A stretch of DNA of 28,243 bases from a virus (lineage: Duplodnaviria > Caudoviricetes). The notes below the pieces were generated by a model. That model made no database searches, was not told the DNA's origin, and worked only from the letters and a program-made list of their open reading frames with translations. Position numbers and translations under genes: made by a program. Every line of letters starts with the position of its first letter. Position 1 is the first letter of the stretch. Shown here piece by piece: positions 7,151 through 14,878 of the stretch. The stretch spans positions 1 through 28,243 of the IMG/VR virus record IMGVR_UViG_3300042297_000287. One strand, given 5' to 3'.

Positions 7151-7564
7151 TTACTCAGTTTCATTAAATTTCATCATTAAAGGCAAATCCCAAACTAAAG
7201 AAAAAGCAATGATTTCTCCTTCTGGTGGAGCATACATATAATTCTTTGTTTCATCGCAATATCTAAATTCATAAATAGGTTCTGGAATATTATCTCTTTC
7301 GATATAAATACCTGTTGCAAATTGTAAAGTGTTTTCATCTTCTGATTCATGCTTTATCAATAACATTAAATCAACCATATCGCGCTGCAAATCTTCAGAT
7401 TTTGACAAATAATAAGCGTCAGTAACTGTGGTAGTTTTTGGGTCATACCAAATAATGTCATGTCTATAAACTTTGTGTTTGTTTACGACTTTAAGTTCTT
7501 CACCATATTTCCCTCCATGAATGATTAGTTCATCGTTCCAAATTTCATTCTCGTTAATTTTCAT
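7151..7564 (-). CDS. Hypothetical protein
   Basis: 137-aa ORF with no recognised motif. Confidence 0.7.
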   Translation of the reverse strand: MKINENEIWNDELIIHGGKYGEELKVVNKHKVYRHDIIWYDPKTTTVTDAYYLSKSEDLQRDMVDLMLLIKHESEDENTLQFATGIYIERDNIPEPIYEFRYCDETKNYMYAPPEGEIIAFSLVWDLPLMMKFNETE

Positions 7565-7565
7565 A

Positions 7566-7700
7566 TTATTTTGTTTTTGTTTTTCTTTTTTTCCACGGCG
7601 GATTCCCCACGGCGCTTTGCATTTCCATGTATTTTACCACGGCTGGCGGCGTTTCGTATGTCAAAACCTTGTCCAGGGCTGCTTTAATGAAATTTGCCAT
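7566..7700 (-). CDS. Small hypothetical protein (44 aa)
   Basis: Below the track cutoff. MANFIKAALDKVLTYETPPAVVKYMEMQSAVGNPPWKKRKTKTK fills the gap between its neighbours almost exactly. Confidence 0.55.
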   Translation of the reverse strand: MANFIKAALDKVLTYETPPAVVKYMEMQSAVGNPPWKKRKTKTK

Positions 7701-7705
7701 GTGCT

Positions 7706-8560
7706 TTACTTTTTTATAAAGTGATTTTTTACAAGTTCAACAAATTGGGAGCATTGAGTATATGTGTTTTGTTCCATTGTTTTAAGATCGTCAATCATTT
7801 TACCTTGAGTTAATTTTGCAAAATCAATATTTTCAAAGCCATAAGCAACTCCGTATTTTTGAACATTGTAAAATTCTTCCTTTGATAAATCTTCGGAAGG
7901 TATTACGATGCTTTGGCAGCCGCAAAGAGCAGCCATTGTACTGTGATATGTATGTGGGTCGAAACTTATAAATAAAGTAATTTGATTATAAATTTCAGCC
8001 AGTTCATTTAAATTATTACATTTATCAATAATCTCGTCAATGCTAATAATCGGTAAATTAATCAAGTGTTTGTAACTCTTTAAAACATTCATTTTATAAT
8101 CAAAATCTTTGCATTTCCTTACAAGCAATCCTATTTTATCCCTTTGTTGACCAGTGTTCTGCATGATGCTTAACTTAGGATCGAGAACGGTAAGTATAAA
8201 AGATTTATCGTATTTCGTATTTCTTACAAATTCGTGGTTATATGTAATTACAAGTTCACTTTCGTTATACTCCTTATCTCCAGCGTGCCATCCTGGGTAA
8301 TACAAAACATACCTCACCACATTTTTAGCGTTAAATGGATTACCAGTTATAACCTCAGGATAAATGGTAATGGTATCATTCAACGCTGCAAGTTCTTTCG
8401 CCTTGTCAAAATTTACACAAATAGCCTTTGAATCAATCAAGGTTTTATTTGCGCAAACATAAGTTGTATAATCCTTAGACAATATTTTAGCCAAGTCATG
8501 CAAAACTTGATTCCCTCCAGACTTCCAGTCATAATCAAATGAAAAAATTAAAAATGTCAT
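7706..8560 (-). CDS. Putative glycosyltransferase (WavQ-like / GT-B-like)
   Basis: Start reassigned to ATG 8560 (MTFLIFSFDY...). SGGNQVLHDL, IYPEVITGNPFNAKNVVRYVL and FISFDPHTYHSTMAALCGCQSIVIP motifs. Confidence 0.7.
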   Translation of the reverse strand: MTFLIFSFDYDWKSGGNQVLHDLAKILSKDYTTYVCANKTLIDSKAICVNFDKAKELAALNDTITIYPEVITGNPFNAKNVVRYVLYYPGWHAGDKEYNESELVITYNHEFVRNTKYDKSFILTVLDPKLSIMQNTGQQRDKIGLLVRKCKDFDYKMNVLKSYKHLINLPIISIDEIIDKCNNLNELAEIYNQITLFISFDPHTYHSTMAALCGCQSIVIPSEDLSKEEFYNVQKYGVAYGFENIDFAKLTQGKMIDDLKTMEQNTYTQCSQFVELVKNHFIKK

Positions 8561-8573
8561 TTGCTTTGTTTTG

Positions 8574-8695
8574 TAACAAGGGCGGGAATCGAACCCGCGA
8601 CACACTCGCTTGACACCCTACACACCTCATACTTTCGTATGGAACGGACTCGAACCGTTGTCGCCAGTTGCTCTACCCAGCTGAGCTACCTTGTT
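8574..8695 (-). tRNA. tRNA-like RNA with the anticodon loop replaced by a structured insert of about 50 nt
   Basis: Perfect acceptor AACAAGG/CCTTGTT, D arm GCTC-AGCTGGGTA-GAGC and T arm GCGGG-TTCGATT-CCCGC. 122 nt long, no encoded CCA. Confidence 0.75.
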
Positions 8696-8700
8696 AAACC

Positions 8701-8769
8701 TGCAAGTGAAGGAATCTAATCTTCGTCTTTTTGCCGTCGCAAAACATTTTAACATTAAACTAACTTGCG
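8701..8769 (-). tRNA. Degenerate tRNA-like element
   Basis: GCAAGT/ACTTGC acceptor, TAGTTTAATGTTAAAAT D-arm-like segment, TTTTGC-GACG-GCAAAA hairpin in place of a 7-nt anticodon loop, and GAAGA-TTAGATT-CCTTC T-arm-like segment. Confidence 0.55.
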
Positions 8770-8772
8770 CCA

Positions 8773-8836
8773 CAAAGATATAAAAATATTCTTAAAAAAT
8801 ATTTTAAATTTGATAACAAATAAAATATTATCTTTG
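8773..8836. promoter_or_regulatory. Divergent promoter region
   Basis: TATCTTTG on the minus strand (8780-8773) and on the plus strand (8829-8836), at the point where gene orientation flips. AAAATATT occurs three times in this interval. Confidence 0.75.
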
Positions 8837-8853
8837 CAGAAAGAAAAAATAAA

Positions 8854-9231
8854 ATGATAAAATTAATAGTTGCAGGTCGCATTGGTCAGGATGCTGAAAT
8901 TAAGTCCGTTGGAGATACAACCGTTTGTTCTTTCTCCGTGGCTCATACGGAAAAGACATTTGGAAACAATCCCACGGAAAAGACGGTTTGGGTCACTTGC
9001 TCAATGTGGGGTGAACGTGGTTCCAAACTTGCGCCACACTTGGTAAAAGGTACGTATGTCGTGGTCGAAGGAACAGGCGGCGTGAATGCTTACATGAAAA
9101 ACGGAGAACCGACGGGAATCATTCGTTGCATGGTAAACAACATCGAGTTTGGAGGCAAGGCAACGGCTGGGGAGAACAACCCAAAGATGACAGATGAAAC
9201 AACAGTTAAAGACGAATCACTCCCATTTTAA
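8854..9231 (+). CDS. ssb: Single-stranded DNA-binding protein
   Basis: AGRIGQDAE...FSVA...T.WV.C..WG....LA..L.KG..V.VEG OB-fold pattern and an acidic LPF C-terminus. Confidence 0.93.
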   Translation: MIKLIVAGRIGQDAEIKSVGDTTVCSFSVAHTEKTFGNNPTEKTVWVTCSMWGERGSKLAPHLVKGTYVVVEGTGGVNAYMKNGEPTGIIRCMVNNIEFGGKATAGENNPKMTDETTVKDESLPF

Positions 9232-9233
9232 TT

Positions 9234-9458
9234 ATGACGCCTGAGTATCAAAAGCAGTATCGGGAGAACATGACCGAATACCAAAAGCAAAAGCAAAGGG
9301 AATATTTTAGGCTTTATCACCAGAACCAATCACCTGAGAAAAAGGCTGAGAAAAGGATTAAGAATCAAGCATGGTATCAAGCGAACAAAGAGAGGGTTAA
9401 TAAATACCAAATGGAACGTTATTACAGATTAAAAGAACAAAAAAATGAATGTCAATAA
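9234..9458 (+). CDS. Small basic helical-repeat protein
   Basis: Repeats YQKQYREN / KQREYFRLYHQN / AWYQANKERV. Confidence 0.65.
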   Translation: MTPEYQKQYRENMTEYQKQKQREYFRLYHQNQSPEKKAEKRIKNQAWYQANKERVNKYQMERYYRLKEQKNECQ

Positions 9459-9618
9459 ACCAGCCGCCGCCGTGTTTTCGGTAAGCTATCGGGACGAAAA
9501 AATAAGAAAGAAGTTGCTTGATTTGCAATTTCAACTCTGGAAGGAAACCAACGTCAAGCACTCGATGGAAGATGTTTTAAACCTTTTATTGGATAATTAC
9601 CAAAAGCACAATAAATGA
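9445..9618 (+). CDS. Small protein, possibly ribbon-helix-helix DNA-binding (57 aa)
   Basis: Below the track cutoff. MNVNKPAAAVFSVSYRDEKIRKKLLDLQFQLWKETNVKHSMEDVLNLLLDNYQKHNK, ATGA-coupled to the next gene. Strand-helix-helix pattern. Confidence 0.6.
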   Translation: MNVNKPAAAVFSVSYRDEKIRKKLLDLQFQLWKETNVKHSMEDVLNLLLDNYQKHNK

Positions 9619-10619
9619 GGTTAGGCATTGTAACCAATTTAACCAGTCCCACCACCGATTATTATCGTTCGGTTAATCCATTCATGCGGCTTCGTTCACA
9701 AATGGTAAATCTTCATATTACTTACCTCAATCCTGAGACGGTAAAATGGTACGATTTTTACGACGTTGACGTTATCCTCTTCCAACGCCCAAACGGTGAC
9801 GGAATGTTATCAATGATTGCTGAGGCGAAGAAGATGGGTAAGAAAATCATCCTTGACCATGACGATCTTTTGCATGAGGTTAACGCCGCGAATCCAGCGT
9901 CGGCACACTTCGGGAAACCTCAGGTGAAGGAATCGGTTGAAAAGGCTTTCAAGTATGCAGATTATATCATTGTTTCAACGCCCTTTCTCAAAGAGTTTTA
10001 TAAACAATTCTTTGACGAAAGTAAGATAATGGTTATTCCAAACGCTATTGACTTTCAAGTGACGCCCCTTTGCCCCGTGTCACCTGATAAGCTGGAGGCA
10101 AAAGTAAAACGCGTGTTGTGGCGTGGAAGCATGACGCACATTGAGGACTTGAAAACTGTGGATACGTTTTGGCATTATGTCAGCAGCCGCAAGGACACCG
10201 AGGTGGCATTCATTGGAATCCCTGAGTGGTTGGGAAAAACATTGTATCCGAATGTCAAGGTCATACCGTGGAACAATTCCTTATTTCAATATTTCGAGTT
10301 AATCAAAAACAGTGCGGCTCATTACGCCGTGTTTCCGTTGACAAATGACAATTTCAATCAAAGTAAGTCGAATAACTTTGCTATGGAAATGCTTGTCACA
10401 GGTTGCGTGCCTTATGCACCGAAGGAAATAACGGAGTTCAATGTTCCAGGCGTTCGGTTGTACGAGGGTTCAGACGATTTGTATTATCAATTTGAAAAGG
10501 CTTTGGAAAAGGATGGGAATTATTTTAATCATTTGCAGGCAGGCAGGAAATGGCTTTTGACTGAGCGAAATTTGCTCACCGTCAACAACAAACGTAAACA
10601 AGTGTTAAAAGGAATATAA
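9615..10619 (+). CDS. Glycosyltransferase (GT-B fold)
   Basis: YYR..P, ILFQR, ILDHDDLL, ADYIIVSTPFL, VIPNAID, WRGS.TH..DL and PL....FN.SKSN motifs typical of phage GT-B enzymes. Confidence 0.85.
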   Translation: MRLGIVTNLTSPTTDYYRSVNPFMRLRSQMVNLHITYLNPETVKWYDFYDVDVILFQRPNGDGMLSMIAEAKKMGKKIILDHDDLLHEVNAANPASAHFGKPQVKESVEKAFKYADYIIVSTPFLKEFYKQFFDESKIMVIPNAIDFQVTPLCPVSPDKLEAKVKRVLWRGSMTHIEDLKTVDTFWHYVSSRKDTEVAFIGIPEWLGKTLYPNVKVIPWNNSLFQYFELIKNSAAHYAVFPLTNDNFNQSKSNNFAMEMLVTGCVPYAPKEITEFNVPGVRLYEGSDDLYYQFEKALEKDGNYFNHLQAGRKWLLTERNLLTVNNKRKQVLKGI

Positions 10620-10873
10620 TGGCAATATCTGGAGGTAATAATAATTTATCGTTTGACCCAAACGAAAAAGAAAACACGGCAAAAGATTTGTATGAATCAA
10701 ACGTCGAGGTTGCATTTAAAGAATTTCAGAACTCGAGCGCTTATTGCGATCCAGAAGCCGAAAGACAGTGGAAAGAAAGGGCGGCTGAAATCAACGCACA
10801 AAGACGGTTGGAAAAGAAAATTGAAACAAAAATTTACAAGCGATTAATTAAAGAGTTGCTGAAGAAAATATGA
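10619..10873 (+). CDS. Hypothetical protein
   Basis: Coupled to both neighbours (TAATG and ATGA overlaps). Confidence 0.65.
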   Translation: MAISGGNNNLSFDPNEKENTAKDLYESNVEVAFKEFQNSSAYCDPEAERQWKERAAEINAQRRLEKKIETKIYKRLIKELLKKI

Positions 10874-11991
10874 TAATTGAAAAAAAGCAAATCGCCGATT
10901 TAATACCCGCGCCTTACAACCCACGGCAAAGCACGGCAAAGCAGGAAAAGCATTTGAAGGAGAGCCTTGAAAAGTTTGGCATGGTTGAACCCATTATTTT
11001 CAACAAGCAAACTGGGTATATCGTCGGCGGTCATTTCCGTGTCCGTGAATTAAAGAAACTTGGCATCAAGGAAATTGAATGTGTCATTGTTGATTTGAAT
11101 GAGGCAGACGAAAAGGAGTTGAATATACGATTGAACGCAAACACAGGTTCATGGGACTGGGACACACTGGCGAACGATTGGGAGGTCGTGGACTTGGAAG
11201 CGTGGGGGTTGGAGATACCGCAGTTTGACAATGAGGCTGAGGAACTTGAAGCAAGTGAGGACGATTACGACGTACCCGAAGGGGGCATTGAAACGGACAT
11301 TGTCATTGGTGACTTGTTCGAGATTGGGGAGCATCGGTTGCTTTGTGGGGATAGCACGGATAGCGATGCGGTTGCACGGTTGATGAACGGGGAGAGTATT
11401 AAATGCGTTATTACAGACCCGCCGTATGGGATTAATTGGAACGGAAATTATACAAGATTTAGTAAAAATGGAGTATCTGAAAGTTATACTAATTACGACG
11501 ATATAAAAAATGACAATAAACCATTTGACCCTTCTTATTGGACTGTTTTTGAAGAAGTAATTATTTGGGGTGGTAATATTTTTAGCAATAAATTAGATAC
11601 AGGAACTTGGTTAATTTGGGATAAAAGAAGTTCGGATGGAACATCTTTTTTAGCAGATGCAGAAGTTGCGTGGATGAAAGGTGGTTATGGTGTTTATTTA
11701 AAATCTATAAATCAACAATCTGAAAAATCTAAACTAAGAGACATAAGTCACCCAACAAAAAAACCTATTGAATTAATGAGTTGGTGTATTGAAAAGTTAA
11801 AAAATAATAAATTAATTCTTGACCCTTACCTCGGTTCAGGCTCCACCATGGTTGCCGCGCACCAACTGAAACGCCGTTGTTTTGGCATGGAGTTAGAACC
11901 AAAATATTGCGCCGTTATCATTGACCGCATGAAGAAACTTGATTCAACATTGATTATTAAGCGTAACGGGGTGGAGGTAAAAACAACGTAA
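10870..11991 (+). CDS. ParB/Srx-domain DNA methyltransferase fusion
   Basis: LIPAPYNPR...SLEKFG.VEPII...GGHFR (ParB-N), an acidic linker, then HRLLCGDST, TDPPY, HPTKKP and DPYLGSGST. Confidence 0.9.
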   Translation: MIIEKKQIADLIPAPYNPRQSTAKQEKHLKESLEKFGMVEPIIFNKQTGYIVGGHFRVRELKKLGIKEIECVIVDLNEADEKELNIRLNANTGSWDWDTLANDWEVVDLEAWGLEIPQFDNEAEELEASEDDYDVPEGGIETDIVIGDLFEIGEHRLLCGDSTDSDAVARLMNGESIKCVITDPPYGINWNGNYTRFSKNGVSESYTNYDDIKNDNKPFDPSYWTVFEEVIIWGGNIFSNKLDTGTWLIWDKRSSDGTSFLADAEVAWMKGGYGVYLKSINQQSEKSKLRDISHPTKKPIELMSWCIEKLKNNKLILDPYLGSGSTMVAAHQLKRRCFGMELEPKYCAVIIDRMKKLDSTLIIKRNGVEVKTT

Positions 11992-12001
11992 TAACAACGA
12001 A

Positions 12002-12331
12002 ATGGGAGGCAAAGGAAAAATAGAACCACGTTGGAAAAAAGGGGAGACAGGCAACCCCAACGGTCGCCCTAAGAAACTCCCAGCCCTTGACTTGATAATG
12101 GCAAATGTCATGGGGCAGGAAAAAGACGGTATCACGGCGGCGGAGGCTATTATCATGAAGCTCAGGGAACAGGCGGCAAAGGGTGACATCAAGGCGGCTC
12201 AGTTGCTCCTTGATAGGGCATACGGCAAGGCAAAGCAAAACATTGATATCACGACGCAAGGGGAAAAGGTGACCGTGCCAACGATTATATTTACAAAGGA
12301 AAATAATAATAATGAAAAAAATAATGATTAG
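12002..12331 (+). CDS. terS: Terminase small subunit (DUF5681-like)
   Basis: WKKGETGNPNGRPK and GDIKAAQLLLDRAYGKAKQ motifs, upstream of terL. Confidence 0.75.
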   Translation: MGGKGKIEPRWKKGETGNPNGRPKKLPALDLIMANVMGQEKDGITAAEAIIMKLREQAAKGDIKAAQLLLDRAYGKAKQNIDITTQGEKVTVPTIIFTKENNNNEKNND

Positions 12332-12650
12332 TCAGCCAATGAATGGCTTAACAGATGAACAGATTGATGAAACAAGAAATAGATTTTTTGAATTTGCCTG
12401 TAAAGAAAAATTTGATGTTGTCAATACTTTCTTTACAGGAGGATTTAATTCTCCTAGCTCAATGAAATCAAGAGGAATAATTCAAATACCTGTATATTTT
12501 TTAGCAAAGTCACTTGAATATATGAGCGAATGCACAACTGTTTATTTTGCAAAAGGCTGGGAGAATGCACGGGGTTGTAAGATTGAACATGAAGTTGCTT
12601 TGCAATATGGATTGGATGTTATTTACGAGGCAAATGAGTTGAACGAATAA
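12312..12650 (+). CDS. DUF4406 family protein (nucleoside deoxyribosyltransferase-like fold)
   Basis: IMISQPMNG...LAKSLE.MS.C..VYF.KGWENARGCKIEH.VA..YGL signature. Confidence 0.8.
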   Translation: MKKIMISQPMNGLTDEQIDETRNRFFEFACKEKFDVVNTFFTGGFNSPSSMKSRGIIQIPVYFLAKSLEYMSECTTVYFAKGWENARGCKIEHEVALQYGLDVIYEANELNE

Positions 12651-12656
12651 GTATAA

Positions 12657-13886
12657 ATGGAAATAAAGGTTAGTGACAAATACCAAGCCCTTTGGCAACC
12701 GAGGACGCGTTACTTCCTCATCACTGGGGGGCGTGGCTCGGCAAAGTCTTTCACCGTGGGGCTTTGGGCTTGTAATATGTTACTTGCTTACAAAAATTGG
12801 AAGGTACTGTTCACACGTTACACGTTATCAAGTGCCAACATTTCCGTTATACCAGAGTTCCGTGAAAAAATTGACTTGTTGGGCGTGGGTGATGAGTTCA
12901 ACATGACCAACGCGCAGATAAGCCACAAGGTCACAAAGAGCGAAATAATATTCTCAGGAATCAAAACAAGCTCAGGAAACCAAACGGCAAAACTAAAGTC
13001 AATACCTGGGCTCAATGTTTTCATCGTGGACGAGGCTGAGGAATTTGTAAGCGAAAAGGACTTCGATACCATTGACGAATCAATACGTATGCCTGACACG
13101 CCTAATCTTGTTATCCTTGTCATGAACCCGCAAGACGTGGAACATTGGATATGGAAGCGGTGGTTTGAAAAGTCGCATCGCATGGAGACGATTGACGGGC
13201 ATTTGATACCGATAAGCACGCATGAGGATATAACGCACATTCATACCACGTACCTTGACAACTATCATAACATAAGCAAGGATTACATCGCAAAGATTGA
13301 CGTAATTAAAAGCAAGTCACCTGAGGCGTATGCACACCGTTTCCTTGGCAAGTGGCTTGATAAAAAACAAGGCGTTATATTTCCAAACTGGGTGGAAGGG
13401 GAATTTGATACAAGCCTACCTTTTGCCTACGGGCTTGACTTTGGTTTTTATCCTGATCCCTTGGCACTTGTTAAAGTTGCGGTTGATACCACGGCAAACA
13501 AGATATATGTAAAGGAAATCATTTACGAACAAAGTTTATCTTACGACATGGTTGTTACAAAGATTAGGAATGAGGTTGAAACGGATGCCATGATTATCGC
13601 GGACACGAGTGAGCCGCGTTTGATTGACGCGCTTTTGAGCAACGGTATCAATGTAAACAAAACGGAAAAGTACGCGGGCAGCGTAATTGATGGAATAAAA
13701 CGAATGCTTGATTTTACTATTGTTGTCACTGAGGAATCGTATAATTTAAAACATGAGTTAAGGAATTATATTTGGAATGATAAAAAGAGTTCAACGCCAT
13801 TGGACGCGGATAACCACGGGATTGACGCGCTTAGATACGGTTCACTTCGTTTAATGCAAGGTTCGGATTCACTTGCGCACAACTAA
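12657..13886 (+). CDS. terL: Terminase large subunit (PBSX-like)
   Basis: Walker A GGRGSAKS, Walker B FIVDEAEE, MNP coupling motif, nuclease motifs GLDFGF..DP and NHGIDALRY. Confidence 0.95.
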   Translation: MEIKVSDKYQALWQPRTRYFLITGGRGSAKSFTVGLWACNMLLAYKNWKVLFTRYTLSSANISVIPEFREKIDLLGVGDEFNMTNAQISHKVTKSEIIFSGIKTSSGNQTAKLKSIPGLNVFIVDEAEEFVSEKDFDTIDESIRMPDTPNLVILVMNPQDVEHWIWKRWFEKSHRMETIDGHLIPISTHEDITHIHTTYLDNYHNISKDYIAKIDVIKSKSPEAYAHRFLGKWLDKKQGVIFPNWVEGEFDTSLPFAYGLDFGFYPDPLALVKVAVDTTANKIYVKEIIYEQSLSYDMVVTKIRNEVETDAMIIADTSEPRLIDALLSNGINVNKTEKYAGSVIDGIKRMLDFTIVVTEESYNLKHELRNYIWNDKKSSTPLDADNHGIDALRYGSLRLMQGSDSLAHN

Positions 13887-13891
13887 AAATT

Positions 13892-14125
13892 ATGACACCA
13901 AAAGAAAAAGCAGAGGAATTAATATATAAGTTTAGTGAACACATCATGACCTTTTATGAATTAGAAGGCTGGGTTGAACATGTTGATTCGTCAAAAGCAA
14001 AGGGACACGCGTTGACTGCCGTGGATGAGTTAATAAAAATCCATTATCTTTTAACGACTACACACGACACATCTCCTTCTATTAATTATTGGAAAGAAGT
14101 AAAAAAAGAAATACAAAACCTATGA
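13892..14125 (+). CDS. MTPKEKA-type small protein, paralog 1
   Basis: MTPKEKAEEL...AL.AVDELI...YWKEVKKEIQNL. Confidence 0.8.
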   Translation: MTPKEKAEELIYKFSEHIMTFYELEGWVEHVDSSKAKGHALTAVDELIKIHYLLTTTHDTSPSINYWKEVKKEIQNL

Positions 14126-14343
14126 CGCCAAAAGAAAAAGCAGAGGAATTATTTAATCATTACCACAACCTGATTCAAAGCATCGGAGGCGAACTTGGGC
14201 AGGAGATCCTTGTTTCAATCCTGGCAAAGCAAAGCGCCTTGTATGCGGTAAAAACATTATTAAACGATAAGCATCCAACAGAAGATTTTAATGAGACATA
14301 TTATTATTGGGAAGAGGTTGAACACGAAATAGAAAGTATATGA
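14122..14343 (+). CDS. MTPKEKA-type small protein, paralog 2
   Basis: Start reassigned to ATG 14122. MTPKEKAEEL...AKQSALYAV...YWEEVEHEIESI. Confidence 0.8.
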   Translation: MTPKEKAEELFNHYHNLIQSIGGELGQEILVSILAKQSALYAVKTLLNDKHPTEDFNETYYYWEEVEHEIESI

Positions 14344-14582
14344 AGGCTCAGGACAAAGCAAGGCAATTGCATTTACAAATATATGACCAACTGCCATACA
14401 AGCACAATGTAACGGGTGAATACGACGGCTTTAAAAAGGCAAAGAAAATAGCTTTGCTTTTAACCGACATAATTATAAGTAATAATCAAACGATTTGCGG
14501 ACAACTTGGCTCAGACGTGGACGAAAACACGGCGTACTGGTGCGAAGTTGAATTGCATTTAAAAAACATAATAACGAAATGA
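14340..14582 (+). CDS. MTPKEKA-type small protein, diverged paralog 3
   Basis: MKAQDKARQL...AKKIALL..D.II...YWCEVELHLKNI. Confidence 0.7.
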   Translation: MKAQDKARQLHLQIYDQLPYKHNVTGEYDGFKKAKKIALLLTDIIISNNQTICGQLGSDVDENTAYWCEVELHLKNIITK

Positions 14583-14878
14583 CAAACAACGAAAAGGCGG
14601 TTTACATCATTCACCTGATTGAGGAAATAACAAAGGAAATTCAAGAGCATCCAATGCGAAGGAAACAACTGCTTCTCCTTCGCTCACACCTTGAAAAGGC
14701 AGTACGGTTGACGGGCACGGGAAGGTATAGGGAATTAAAAAGACCTGAATCATTGCCATTGGTGAGCCATGAAAAAGTATTAACCCCAAAGGTTAATGAA
14801 AATCAAAAGAACATTGAGCCGAGCGCAAGCATCGCAGATAATATTCCCGAACCCTCAAGAAAAAGCAAAAGAAAATAA
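14579..14878 (+). CDS. Hypothetical protein
   Basis: Coupled ORF with a helical N-terminus and a basic, probably disordered tail. Confidence 0.65.
   Translation: MTNNEKAVYIIHLIEEITKEIQEHPMRRKQLLLLRSHLEKAVRLTGTGRYRELKRPESLPLVSHEKVLTPKVNENQKNIEPSASIADNIPEPSRKSKRK

Noticed and set aside
8561-8605. N-terminal extension MCRGFDSRPCYKTKQ of the track ORF 7706..8605
   Set aside because: It is the translated T arm and acceptor stem of the tRNA-like RNA. ATG 8560 with an A-rich leader is the better start.
8574-8695. tmRNA, Y RNA or group I intron-containing tRNA
   Set aside because: No G3-U70 pair or tag ORF, and a D stem is present. The ends lie at the acceptor stem, unlike YrlA. The insert is too short for a self-splicing intron.
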